The position numbers were made by a program, and so were the translations under genes. The notes below the pieces were generated by a model. That model did no database searches. It was not told the DNA's origin and was given only the letters and a program-made list of their open reading frames with translations. Source: a virus. From it: DNA of 64,000 nt. Shown here piece by piece: positions 38,388 to 50,300 of the stretch; the stretch's first letter is position 1, and each line of letters opens with the position of its first letter. The DNA is taken from positions 3,008-67,007 of the IMG/VR virus record IMGVR_UViG_3300031669_000012. One strand, written 5' to 3'.

Positions 38388-41018
38388 ATGCAATTTGGTA
38401 ATTTAAGTTATAGTCAAGGAAGTCCGGTTGATCCCGGACTTCCTATTGAAGATATAAAGGCAGTATCATTAGAATTAACCAATCGGTATAATGCTAATAG
38501 AGATGCTGCTAATAAACTTCTGACTGAAGCCTCGTCTATTCCTTACATTTCATCTTCTACAAATGATGCAGCAATAGTTGCAAGTAGTGTTGAAAAAGTT
38601 AAAGGAAATATTAATCAAATGGTGGAAAATCAAGATTTCCATAGGTCTGCTGATACTATCAATTCAATGGTTTCTAGTCTACAAAGTAATAATGGTTTAA
38701 AAGCTGTTATGACAAGTTACAAAACCATGCAGGATGATTTTGCAGATATAGATAAAGCTAAAGGTTTTAGTAATGAACAAAAACAAATACTTAAAGCAAG
38801 ACAGGTAGCAAATTATAAAGGAGTTGAATACGATCCTTCTGAGAACATTGCTAAAGGTGGTTATCAGAAATATGGAATTGAAGATGCTCCAGATTTAGAT
38901 CAGATTAATAAGGTTATGTCTATGTTTAAAGCTGATAAATCAGTTGTAAATAGTGGATGGAAAGGTCTAGATGTTAATAAAGTAGACGAAATGACGAATA
39001 TGAAAGGTCTTAAAGAGTATATTCAAAATGTAGAAACTACTAAAGAATCTGTTAGTGAGCAAGATGTTCGCAAAGCAGTTTTAAATTATCTTCAAAATAG
39101 CCCTGCATACAAATCTTATTATAATACTTTAGGAGATATTGAAGTTTATAAAATGCAAAAAGCATTAGGGACAGAAGATTTAAATAATCCACAAGCAACA
39201 ACTGCTATACTAGGAACAATTAAGACATATGCGTCTAAAGTTGATCCTATGATTATTTTGAATCAAATGGGTGTAAATATAAAAGAATTTAATAAACTTC
39301 CAGATGCTGATAAAAATCCAAATGCTCCTCAAACAAAACAATCAGTTTACGCTGCAGCTGTAGATTTATTTACACAACAAATGTATTCTCAGAATCAACA
39401 ACTTGGAGGAGATAATACAACAATGTTAAAAGAGATGACTGCATATAGTGAAGCAGATAAGATTGCAAATCTTTATTCAAATGTTGTTGGCTATACAAGT
39501 ATAGCTCAAAAATACGATTTGAAAAGTAATACTCTTTGGGGGAAAAGGTATGATGAAAATTCAAAAAGAATGCCTTTTTCTGTAAGTGGAACAAATTTAG
39601 ATATTGGTGATTATAGTGACTTGAATAAAGCTTATAAACAAAATCTTTCTGATATGCAAACTTTTGATAGACAATTGAAAAATTTAAAAGCAGGAAATGA
39701 TTCAATATTAAACAATTTAAAAGCAGCTTTAGATAATGCAAAACTTTCTGGGGATGTAAATAAGATAGAAGATTTAAAAAAACAATATGATAATCAAGCA
39801 GAAGTTGTTAAAAGAAATATAAAAGATTTGGAAGCAAAAAAAGCAGCAATAGAATCACAAAAAGCAACTTTTGAGGCTATGCGTAATAATGCTATGAATC
39901 AATTAAATTTAAATGTTCCAACTCAAAAAGGAACAGCTAATGTTGCAATAACAAATGAAGCTGTATTATCAAATGATAAACTTATAAAAGCCTTCGGTGA
40001 AAATCCAGCATTCGACAATTTAGAAGTTGTTAAAAAAGCATCAGAAGTTATGGAAAATGCTTTAAGTAAAGATTTACCATATAGTGATATAAAAGCTGAA
40101 CTTGATAGTATAGTTTCAACAAATATGTCTAATCTTCCAATTATATATCGAGCAAGTTTTCCACATCTTATCGAACAAGCATATAATAAAATGGTTCAAA
40201 ACAAACAAAATAATATAGATTCAAAAATTGAAGATTTTCAAGGAAGTGGAGGAAAATTATCTGTTCCTATTCAATTAATGTCAATGCAAGGAAATCCTGT
40301 TTACGATAGTTATACAGATGGAATTGCTAATTCTTTAAGCACAGGACAACCTTGGAAGATATTAGGAAATAATGATTATCAAATGGCAAATGATGAAGAT
40401 TTTATTGATGAAGTTCTAAAAAAATCTTCAAGTAGAAAAGTTATGTTAGCTAGAACAACTAATAATCCAGATGGTAATGTTATGGCAAATGTTACATACT
40501 ATGATAAAGATAATAAACCTATCACAACTGTAATGGTAGAAGTTCCTAATTCAGAATCTATGAATACAGGAATGACTAAAGCATTGCTGACAGAAACAAT
40601 GAACAATGCTTTTTATGCTCCAGGAGGAGATCTTGAATCAGTAGGTGATGGAACAAGAAATGTTTTAACTGCAACACAAGTAGCATCAATGGTTTATTAT
40701 GATCCATCTGATGTAAAGAATGCAAATGGTGGTAAAACTCCAGCTGGAACACTTGGAGAATTGTTTACAAAAATAGATAATTCAACTGGTGTAATAGATA
40801 AAGACATTATCATAAATGAAACAGATGGAAAAGCTACTCACTTAAAAATTCATGTGGATGCCGATGGAGCTACAGCTACATTATCTGGAGGTAAATATGG
40901 AAATCATATGGAATTAAAACCTTTCAATAAAGATAAACACGAATTTGCAACAGTTGGTGATATGATGCCTGTATTATATAATACCTTAATCTACAAATAT
41001 GCCGATAACCAACAATAA
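38388..41018 (+). CDS. Virion cargo protein 2 (RNAP-associated)
   Basis: 876-aa helical protein in the crAss cargo position. Confidence 0.7.
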   Translation: MQFGNLSYSQGSPVDPGLPIEDIKAVSLELTNRYNANRDAANKLLTEASSIPYISSSTNDAAIVASSVEKVKGNINQMVENQDFHRSADTINSMVSSLQSNNGLKAVMTSYKTMQDDFADIDKAKGFSNEQKQILKARQVANYKGVEYDPSENIAKGGYQKYGIEDAPDLDQINKVMSMFKADKSVVNSGWKGLDVNKVDEMTNMKGLKEYIQNVETTKESVSEQDVRKAVLNYLQNSPAYKSYYNTLGDIEVYKMQKALGTEDLNNPQATTAILGTIKTYASKVDPMIILNQMGVNIKEFNKLPDADKNPNAPQTKQSVYAAAVDLFTQQMYSQNQQLGGDNTTMLKEMTAYSEADKIANLYSNVVGYTSIAQKYDLKSNTLWGKRYDENSKRMPFSVSGTNLDIGDYSDLNKAYKQNLSDMQTFDRQLKNLKAGNDSILNNLKAALDNAKLSGDVNKIEDLKKQYDNQAEVVKRNIKDLEAKKAAIESQKATFEAMRNNAMNQLNLNVPTQKGTANVAITNEAVLSNDKLIKAFGENPAFDNLEVVKKASEVMENALSKDLPYSDIKAELDSIVSTNMSNLPIIYRASFPHLIEQAYNKMVQNKQNNIDSKIEDFQGSGGKLSVPIQLMSMQGNPVYDSYTDGIANSLSTGQPWKILGNNDYQMANDEDFIDEVLKKSSSRKVMLARTTNNPDGNVMANVTYYDKDNKPITTVMVEVPNSESMNTGMTKALLTETMNNAFYAPGGDLESVGDGTRNVLTATQVASMVYYDPSDVKNANGGKTPAGTLGELFTKIDNSTGVIDKDIIINETDGKATHLKIHVDADGATATLSGGKYGNHMELKPFNKDKHEFATVGDMMPVLYNTLIYKYADNQQ

Positions 41019-44000
41019 TAAAGCTAATATGAATGTTCCTAATTTAGGTGCAAATGTTCCTCAAGGAGTAAAAGCTGGTTTTGCAATTGGAAACAATGAT
41101 AGCAAACAAGCTACTACTGCTGGAATGGAACTTCTTGCACCTCAACCATATCAGGTAAAAGATTTTAGGAATTATTTTGACAATACCACTCCCATTAATT
41201 TCTTTAATCCAGATTTAATGGAGGAGGCTAGAGCTAGAAATCAAAATGGTTGGGCTTTAGCAGGTAATAGTTTAGCACAAACAATTGGGAATGATATTAT
41301 AGGTGGGACAGTTAGTGGATTTGGAACACTTCTTGATCCTAGAGCATGGCTAACATTTTTTCAAAGTGGTAGTAAAGCTTTTGAAGGGAATGCTTTAACT
41401 GAATTAGGCAGTTGGATTCAGAATGAAACTAACAATGCTTTCCCAATATACCAAACTCAAAAAACTCAACAAGGCTTTGCACCTGGTGATAAAACATGGT
41501 GGGCATCTATGTTTCCTACTGTTGCATCTACTGCAAGTGCTCTTATACCAACAATGGCTGTTACTAAATTTGCAAAATATCTTGGTGAAGCTGTTGGTTT
41601 AGCTGAAAAGTTTTCTGCAACTGGGAAACTTGCTTCAGAAATTATTGCAAATGCGGTTATGTCTAGGCACATTGATGGATTTCAATCTGCTACTCAGACA
41701 TTTCAACAGCAGTATCAAAAATATAAGAACCTTGGATATACAGATGAAAAAGCTAAAGAAGCAGCAGGAGATGAAGCTTCAAGTGCATATAGATATAGTT
41801 GGTTAAATCTAGGTTTCGATATCATACAATGGAAGTATTTACTTGGATCTAAAGGTATACTTGCAGGCAAAATAGATAAAGCTACTGCTGAAGCAATGCT
41901 TGAAAAGAAATTGATTACTCCTTCAGGACTTTCAAAAATACTAGTCAATTCTGAAAAAGCTCCTTCTCTTACAACAACTTTAATAGCAGAAGGTTTGAGT
42001 GAAGGTTTTGATGAATCTACAATGGACTTCTTTCAAAAGGAAGGAATTAGATCAAGTCATGTAATTAAAAAAGATGGTCAGGATGATAATTCTACTATGC
42101 CTGAAAGATTCTTACATCACATGCTTACTGATAGAAGCACATGGGATAGTTTCTTTTGGGGTGCATTCGGTGGTCTATTTATGACAGGTATGCACAAAGT
42201 AGGAGATCATTTTCTTAATGGCAATGAAGAAGATCAAAAGAATAAAAGATTGGCATTAATAATGGATAGAGCTGCTAACATCAGAAGTAATGCTTCTACA
42301 CTAAGTCAATATATTAAAAATGGAGATACTATAAACGGAGAAGTTGGAGTTGCAAATATAGTATCAAGTATTTTAGAAAATTCAATTCAAGATGGTGGTC
42401 AACATGCTTACAATGAGATGTTGAAACATATGGCAAATCTTACTCCCGAAGAAGCTGCAGAATTAGGTGCTACACCTGAAGAAATAGCAGGAGCAAAATT
42501 AATACATCCTGAATTTGAAAAAGCTGCTAAAATATATGATGCATTTCATGGTAAAAATTATGGTGAAGGAGATAGAGGTAATCTAGTTACAGGATTAAAT
42601 GTTGCTAGATTATCTTATTTTAGTAATAAACTCGGAGAGATAATTAATAGAATTAAAGATGATGGTTCTAGACAAGTAGAACTACAAAACTTAAAAGCCA
42701 AATTCAATCTTCCAGATGACTTTGATGTTGCAGCATTAGCTGATTTAAACAGTCCTAATCATAAAGAAGAATTAATGAAGGCTTTTGGTGATGTTTATAA
42801 GTCTAGTTATATAGATGGAATTACTCAAAGAAATAATATTCAAAGTCATATTGATGAACAAGAGAGTCATATAAAGATGTTAAAAGCAATGCATGAAATT
42901 GCACTGCATAATGAAGAAGGCGCAAAAGATGATATTGCTAAAGAAGAACTTAAACGTAGAAGAAAAGCTGTTGAGACGGATATAAAACAAAAGACTGATT
43001 TAGTATCTAAATATACTGATAAATTAAATGAAACTAATAAAGGTTTAGATGAGATTTCAAAATCTATTCCTAAAGAAGAACTTGAGAAATTAGAAAATCT
43101 ATCTCAAGCTGTAGATATGAATGAACAAAATACTGGAAATAGAACTCGAATCCATCTTGAGAATTTAAAAGCTCAGACAGATGAAGAGTTGAATGGATGG
43201 TTGGATAAAGATAAACGTAAAACAAAATTAAAAGATATATTTGATGAAATAGATACTAAAGCAGCACAAGAAGAAAAAGATATTAAAGAAAAAATATCTA
43301 AAGCTTCTCCTGAAGAATTAACTGCATTTAAATCTCAAAATAATGGCAAATATGATCCAGATGTAAGAGCACGTGAAAAAGCATTAGAAGAACTTGAAAA
43401 GAATAGAACTGAGAAATTATCTCAATTAAATGATAGAGTTGATGCATTGGATTTATCTAAAATGAATATTAGTGATTCTAGTAAATTAGCAGAAGCTCAA
43501 GAAGAAGTTAAAAAGAATCTTAAAGATACTATGTTGTATAATATAGATTCAAATATAACTGATAAGTTTTTTAATAATGCTGTAACAAAAGAAACAAGAC
43601 TTGTTGAAGAAAAATATAATAAACCTGAGAAATCTACAAATCAATCAGAAGAAATTATAACAAAAACTAAAACTTCTAAAAAAAGTATAAAAGCTATAAT
43701 TGAAGAACTTAAAGAAGATCCTTCTAAATTTAATAGAGAATTAGAACGTTATACTAAGATTGTAGATTACGTTAATGATGCAATGAAATCTCCTACTATT
43801 CCAGCTGAAGAAAAACAACTGCTGCAAGAAGTAATGAATAGATTGAATCAAATTAAAGAAGATATGGAGCAAGTATCTAATTTAATTCAACGTAATGATA
43901 TGTCTCCAGAAGAGGAAAAGTTTATAGCAAAAACAATATCCTTTAATAACAAATATTCTAAGATACTAAATGATTCAGTTAGTATTACAGAAACTCCTGG

Positions 44001-47000
44001 TTCAGGAGCAATCATGACTAAGATTGCAAAAGATACAATATTTCTTTTAGATCTTGCTAACACTGCATTGAAAACATTTAGAAGCACGTCTGAAATAGAA
44101 GTTATAAATGTTGATTCTGAAGAACAAGCTTTATTAAACGATTTGATAAATGCATTTCAACCTTTTCTTGAAAAACCTTCATTGGATATTGAAGACAAAG
44201 ACCTTCAAGAATGGAAAAACGATGTTACTACAAATATAGAAAAATCTTTAAAGATTATACAATCTGCCATAAAATATATTGAATATCTTACAAAGAGTCC
44301 TATTAAAACTTTAACATATGATGATGTTCTTCAGTTAGTATATAACACTGTTCCAACAGATCAATTTCTAAATATAGCTAAAGCATTAAAACAAGTTTTC
44401 AATATTATTGAAACTTCTAAATCAAATACTCAATTATTTAAAACTCTTCCAAACGAGTTTAATAAAATCAATACTGAGGTAAAATATAATGTTGATGATA
44501 ATGATTTTATAAATACATGGAAAGATAAGAATGTTTATAAAGATACTCCTCAAGATATTGATTTTAGGGTTGAACATAAAAATGGAATGTCTGTATATTT
44601 GCATGATTTGAAGATACTAGATATTCCAGAAAATGGTCAAGTATCCGAAGAAGTTGCTAAACTATTATCAGAGTTTTATAGTTTGGTTGAAGGAAGTGAA
44701 TTAACATTGCAAATTGATAAAAATCATAAGGACGATAGATACACAGATAATGAAGCACGAAATGCTGATCCTACAAAAGTTCCAATTTCGATTATAACCA
44801 AAGGTGGAATTAGAATTGGATTTACAAATGAACAATATACTACTCATAGAAATATAAGTTATTTCAAAGAAAGTAAGAAAGGTAAAAAAACTGTAATGAC
44901 ATATCATTCTTTCATAGATGATCTAACAAATAAAGATTATGAATTGCTTGCTAATGATTCAGTTATGGCATTACTAAAAGATGTTTGGAGAAAAGAAGAT
45001 TATACTAATTATAATAAGTTATCTGAAAGCAACGCTTTGAAGCAATTAATTCGTAAGATGGTTTATACAAATAGAATTGATGATAATAAAGAAGTTACAG
45101 ATGAGCAAGTTAGACATGTAATATCTGCAATATTTTATAGAGTTAGTAATAGAGTTATTCAAGCATATCCTCCAACTCCTAAAATGCTTCAAGAGAAGTA
45201 TAATGCTTTAAACATTAGAATGAAACAAGATTTTCAATTAGTTAAAGAACTTAGAGAGAATTTTGCTAACAATGGAATTGAATCAATGCCTGTAAAGGTT
45301 ACAAATGTATCAACAGGACAACTTAAGTTTGGAAATGAATTTAAAAATATTACAGAACAAATTAAACCAATCAATGGTAAAATAACAATTGCACTTAGAG
45401 ATAAAACTAGAAATGGTAATCCTAATCAATTGTTCTTAGGTGGCATGGCTAATGAAGGAAGTCCTTTTACAGAAAATAGACCTATTAAAATTGCAAATCA
45501 AAAGACAATTGAAATGGATAGTGGGTCTAAAATATCTACACACGCAGTAGCATTTGCAATTCTTGAAGCAAATAAAGGGTCTTATTATGCACATCCTATT
45601 TATCAATCAACTTTAAATAACAGTCAACATACTAAAGATAAAGATTATTCAAAAAAACTTATCAAGTATGTTTCTAAAAATATAGTAGAACTGCTTAATA
45701 GCAATGATACAGAAACTAGGAATAAGATTTGGGGTCAACTAGGAAAATATATTAGACTTTCAAATACTAGAAGTGCTACTGATTTTTCATTTGCATTCTT
45801 TTATAAACCTAAAAATACTGGAAAATCAAATTTAGTATTCAAAACAGTTGAGAATGTAGGTGGACAATATCTGACTACATTTTATAAAATTGAGAATAAT
45901 AATGATGGAACATACAATGTATCTTCTACAAATGCTTTAAATGCATTAGGAAAACCTAAGTTTCGTAGTGATAGGTTTAAAGTTGTAAATGAATCGGAAC
46001 TACAATCTGAAATTACAGATCCTGTTTCTAAATTACAAAGGTATGTAGGATTTCATAAAGTTAAAGATCAAGTAGGTGTTTCACTAAATCCTGCAGAAGA
46101 ATTTGTTGATGATGTGACTAACACAAAATATACAGCTACAAAAGATTATACAGCATATGAAAGATTTGTTTTAAATACTGGGGCTTATAATACGAATCTA
46201 AAAGCTATTAAACAAGGCACAAATGTAATTACATCCTTCTTCCCTAACGGCTCACCTAGTGCTACTTTATTTGTAGAAACAAGTAAAACTACTCCAATTG
46301 TAGAAGATAGAATGCCATCGGATAGGACTACAACTAAACCAGTAATTGAACCAGAACAAATCGTAAAAGAAACTAAGAAAGCTCCCGAAATTAAATCTAT
46401 GTCATTTGATGAATTTATATCAAGTCATAGTGATAGTGTTAAATTTGACAATCTAGCGTTCTTAAAAGATACGTTAAAAGCTTTAGGAATTGATCTTAAG
46501 GTTGATTTGAGAATAGGTGAAGAAAAGCAAGGAGATAATAGTTCAGTTCAAGCAAGTTATGCAAATGGTAAGATTTCAATATTTTCTTCATTTGTTTCTC
46601 TAGTTAAGAATGGAGAAGTTGTTTCAAAAACTCCTGAAGAAAGAGGATTGATAATAGCACATGAAATATTGCATAGTATTATAAATGAAAAGCTTAAAGC
46701 TATGACTCCTGAACAGAGAGTTAAATATAAAGAAGATGTTGAAACATATCTTAAAGATTTAGAATCAAAACTAGAGAATCCTGCATTGGCAGAAGGTGAT
46801 AAAGAACTTATAAAAAAATATATTGCTATATCTAGAACTGACAGTGATGAAGCATTTACATATGCTTTTGCAAATCGAAATGTAGCAAACATTCTTAATA
46901 AAATTGAAGGAGCAACTATTGAAAATAAGAAAACAAACTTCTTATTGAAATTAATAAATGTAGTATTGAATGCAATGGGAATAAACAAGAATAGTGAACT

Positions 47001-47253
47001 AATGACAGTTTACAACATTGCAAATAAATACTTTAATATGGAACAACAAGGAGAAGAAATTAAAACAACTACTCCAGAAGAAGTTGCACCAGTAGAACAA
47101 TCTACTAAAAAGGTCTTTAAAAAACGAAATAAAGATGCAACTGATGGTAAGATAAATATTGATCCTAATAAGTATTCTAGTGATATAGACTACAATAATT
47201 TGGCCGAATTGGTTACAAACTATACCACTGAAAATGGTTTGCATTTATGTTAA
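40999..47253 (+). CDS. Large virion cargo protein with TM-like N-terminal segments and C-terminal zincin domain
   Basis: ARARNQ...LAGNSL, hydrophobic segments, EGLSEG, SFFWGAFGG; long coiled coils; HEILH at 46660-46674 followed by DEAF. Confidence 0.8.
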   Translation: MPITNNNKANMNVPNLGANVPQGVKAGFAIGNNDSKQATTAGMELLAPQPYQVKDFRNYFDNTTPINFFNPDLMEEARARNQNGWALAGNSLAQTIGNDIIGGTVSGFGTLLDPRAWLTFFQSGSKAFEGNALTELGSWIQNETNNAFPIYQTQKTQQGFAPGDKTWWASMFPTVASTASALIPTMAVTKFAKYLGEAVGLAEKFSATGKLASEIIANAVMSRHIDGFQSATQTFQQQYQKYKNLGYTDEKAKEAAGDEASSAYRYSWLNLGFDIIQWKYLLGSKGILAGKIDKATAEAMLEKKLITPSGLSKILVNSEKAPSLTTTLIAEGLSEGFDESTMDFFQKEGIRSSHVIKKDGQDDNSTMPERFLHHMLTDRSTWDSFFWGAFGGLFMTGMHKVGDHFLNGNEEDQKNKRLALIMDRAANIRSNASTLSQYIKNGDTINGEVGVANIVSSILENSIQDGGQHAYNEMLKHMANLTPEEAAELGATPEEIAGAKLIHPEFEKAAKIYDAFHGKNYGEGDRGNLVTGLNVARLSYFSNKLGEIINRIKDDGSRQVELQNLKAKFNLPDDFDVAALADLNSPNHKEELMKAFGDVYKSSYIDGITQRNNIQSHIDEQESHIKMLKAMHEIALHNEEGAKDDIAKEELKRRRKAVETDIKQKTDLVSKYTDKLNETNKGLDEISKSIPKEELEKLENLSQAVDMNEQNTGNRTRIHLENLKAQTDEELNGWLDKDKRKTKLKDIFDEIDTKAAQEEKDIKEKISKASPEELTAFKSQNNGKYDPDVRAREKALEELEKNRTEKLSQLNDRVDALDLSKMNISDSSKLAEAQEEVKKNLKDTMLYNIDSNITDKFFNNAVTKETRLVEEKYNKPEKSTNQSEEIITKTKTSKKSIKAIIEELKEDPSKFNRELERYTKIVDYVNDAMKSPTIPAEEKQLLQEVMNRLNQIKEDMEQVSNLIQRNDMSPEEEKFIAKTISFNNKYSKILNDSVSITETPGSGAIMTKIAKDTIFLLDLANTALKTFRSTSEIEVINVDSEEQALLNDLINAFQPFLEKPSLDIEDKDLQEWKNDVTTNIEKSLKIIQSAIKYIEYLTKSPIKTLTYDDVLQLVYNTVPTDQFLNIAKALKQVFNIIETSKSNTQLFKTLPNEFNKINTEVKYNVDDNDFINTWKDKNVYKDTPQDIDFRVEHKNGMSVYLHDLKILDIPENGQVSEEVAKLLSEFYSLVEGSELTLQIDKNHKDDRYTDNEARNADPTKVPISIITKGGIRIGFTNEQYTTHRNISYFKESKKGKKTVMTYHSFIDDLTNKDYELLANDSVMALLKDVWRKEDYTNYNKLSESNALKQLIRKMVYTNRIDDNKEVTDEQVRHVISAIFYRVSNRVIQAYPPTPKMLQEKYNALNIRMKQDFQLVKELRENFANNGIESMPVKVTNVSTGQLKFGNEFKNITEQIKPINGKITIALRDKTRNGNPNQLFLGGMANEGSPFTENRPIKIANQKTIEMDSGSKISTHAVAFAILEANKGSYYAHPIYQSTLNNSQHTKDKDYSKKLIKYVSKNIVELLNSNDTETRNKIWGQLGKYIRLSNTRSATDFSFAFFYKPKNTGKSNLVFKTVENVGGQYLTTFYKIENNNDGTYNVSSTNALNALGKPKFRSDRFKVVNESELQSEITDPVSKLQRYVGFHKVKDQVGVSLNPAEEFVDDVTNTKYTATKDYTAYERFVLNTGAYNTNLKAIKQGTNVITSFFPNGSPSATLFVETSKTTPIVEDRMPSDRTTTKPVIEPEQIVKETKKAPEIKSMSFDEFISSHSDSVKFDNLAFLKDTLKALGIDLKVDLRIGEEKQGDNSSVQASYANGKISIFSSFVSLVKNGEVVSKTPEERGLIIAHEILHSIINEKLKAMTPEQRVKYKEDVETYLKDLESKLENPALAEGDKELIKKYIAISRTDSDEAFTYAFANRNVANILNKIEGATIENKKTNFLLKLINVVLNAMGINKNSELMTVYNIANKYFNMEQQGEEIKTTTPEEVAPVEQSTKKVFKKRNKDATDGKINIDPNKYSSDIDYNNLAELVTNYTTENGLHLC

Positions 47254-47283
47254 GGAGTAGGGCAAAACCGCCCTATTCTTTAC
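47254..47283 (+). terminator. Hairpin, possible weak terminator/attenuator before the vRNAP
   Basis: GAGTAGGGC-AAAACC-GCCCTATTC followed by a short TTT. Confidence 0.5.
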
Positions 47284-47345
47284 ATATCTCAAACCAGCCT
47301 TTGTAGTTATACCTTTTTAAATTTTAATTCAAACAATCGAAGCAA

Positions 47346-50300
47346 ATGAAGTGTGAAATTATACCACAAGTCAGGAATTTACAAGATGAATTAGTAGATA
47401 GTAATCTTTTTGCAAATCTTCTCAAATCAAATGATAGAGAAACTGCTAAAGAACTATATGCTTATGTTCATTCTCCTAAATTTAAAGAGACTTATGGGGA
47501 TTGGGAATTGAAGAAAAACATTCAATTAAATAGATACACAGACGACGAATCTGCTGTTTTTCTATCTAGATATAATGGTAACTTAGACAATATTAAATTG
47601 AAGATTGATATAGATGAGAATGGAGAACCTATTTTCAATAATGAAGATTTATCAAATTCTCAACATAATGAGAAAGAAATAAATTCTATATTTGAACAAA
47701 ATCTAGAATTATCTGATATAGGTTCACAAGAACAATATTCTGAATATCTTAATACTATATTTCCTAATAGTAAAGTAAAAGATATTTTATATCATGGGAG
47801 TAATACTAGTAATTTAGAAAGTTTAGATCCATCTAAAGCTGGAACACTATTACATTCTTCTATGGGTAAAGGGGTCTATATTTCTAATAATAAAAATGTG
47901 GCAGATAGGTATAAAGGTAAAATACCGATATCTCAAATGAATGAGATATTAAAAAATAACCCAGAATATAAAGGAGACTTTTCTGAATTTGCCGAAGGTC
48001 AAACTTATGCATTATTAATAAACGCTGAGAATTTAAATACAGACTATACCAAAGTTAATGATCCTAATGTATTTGTATCTTATATAGAACCTATTAATAG
48101 TGCTACAGGTAAAACAATGCAATCTGAATACATTGTAAAAGATTCATCTAAAATTCATATATTAGGTTCTAAACAAGACATAAAAGGGTTTAAAGAGTGG
48201 ATAAAAAATAATATAGATAATACTTCATTTTTACCTATTTTCAATAATGATGTTAGAGAAGATATTTCTAATAATAATGTTGGATTATCTAAAGAACAAA
48301 TAGTAAAAGAAAAAGAAGCACAAAGAATATTAAACTATCTTTCTAAAAAATATATGATAGATGGCGCTTTGACTTCTATGGGAGAATTTAGTAGTTATGG
48401 AAGATTTGATAGAACTAGATTAAAAATACTTATAAACAGAGATACAACTCTTGATGACTCTGGAAATTTAGGATTTAAAAATTTAAACAATATTAAAAGG
48501 TCTTCTATATTTCATGAGTATCTTCATCCATTTGTAGAAATACTTGAAAAAGCCAATCCTGAATTATATGAAGAACTACATAAAAGTGCAGAAGTATTAA
48601 ATAAAGAACAACCTTTTGCTGAGATAAATCACTATGATGCAACTCAACAAAAAGAAGAATTGATAGTAAGATATTTAGATAGATTGTCTAAAGATGATGG
48701 TGCTCCAACATTACTTCAGAAGTTTATAACTTGGTTATCATCATTCATACATTCAAAAAGAATCAATGATAAAGAAACATTACAGAATCTATCAAAAGAT
48801 ACAACTGTTGAACAATTGTATAATATTTTTAAAAATTATGGAAATCTTAAAGATGAAATTACTAAAGTTATAGAGCAAGATTCTTTGAAGAAAGAATTGG
48901 AATTAAATAAAAAATTATTGAATATTGCTATTGAAGAAAAACTTCCTAATGAAAATATTCAAAATTATAAAGATGAAATAGAAAAATTAGAAAGTTTGAT
49001 TAATAGATATGATAAATCCAATGTTCAATACAAATTGAAGGCTGTAAATATTCTTCAATCAGATGCAGCTAAACAAGTGTTTGCTAAAGGAAATAAAAAT
49101 GGTTGGGATTTAAATAAGATATTAACTGAACTTCAGATACCTAAAGAACAAAAACAATTAGTTATAGATAGTTATAATGAAGGTAATAAAACTCCTGAAC
49201 AATTAGCTATTGATATTGCTAGTAAATATGGATACAATGTTGAAGTTAATACAGCTAAAAATGTAACTAAACAGTTTGGAGCTTTTGAACAAGAACCTGG
49301 AATACCAATGGAAGCTATTATGCAATCTAGGTATTCTACAGAAAGTGAAAAAGGAAATCCAACTTCTTATTATGCAAATCTAACAGTGCCAGGTGGTATT
49401 AACTATACCGAGAATGAAATATCTACTCCATTAATTACACCAAGTATTAAAGGACATGCTCAATTTGCTACTGATAAGGGTATAGGTTGGTTTAGAAGTG
49501 ATGAACAAAATTACAAAGGAGAAGCAGATGTAATATTACCAATAGGAACAAGTGGTAGTGGTAAATCTACATTTATAAAAACCTTACCTCAAGAAAATTT
49601 AGTAGTTATAGAACCTGATGTTATGAGAGTAGAATTTACAGGGGATGTAAATGATAAATCTAAAGATAAAGAAATATATGAAGAAGCTGCTAAAAGAGCT
49701 ATAACTGCAATTAAGCGAGGTAAACAAGTTGTATTTGATACCACTAATTTAACAAAAAATAAAAGAACACCTTTCATTAATGCTATTAAAAAGGCTTTAC
49801 CTACTGCTAATATACAGTATAAGTTAATGGAGTTAAATCCAGAATTAGCTAAACAAAGAATTAAAGCACAAATAGCAAAAGGTGAAAATAGGGCTAATGT
49901 GCCTGATAGCACAATAGATAGACACGCTGAATCTTATAAGCAAATGCTTGAAGATATCAAAAGTGAGCCTATTAGTGAATATAAAGATAAACAACCTACT
50001 AAAACTCGTAGAATACTAGAACTACAATCTGATTTATTTCAGAAAGGTAGAGATAAAAATAAACTTGCTGGTATAGGAGAAGATGAAAGTTTTCTAAAAC
50101 CCATTAAAGGCACAGAGGATGAACTTGGTATCCCTGATTTTGAAAAAGATACAGATTTAATTAGGCAAAACCAATTCCTACAACTACTAAACAAAGACAA
50201 CAACTGGGTAACATTCTTTATTAAATCTATCATTCAAGATAGTGCTAAAAAAGGATATGAGAAGGTATTATTTCCTACAGGTGAAACTGCTGCTAAAGTA

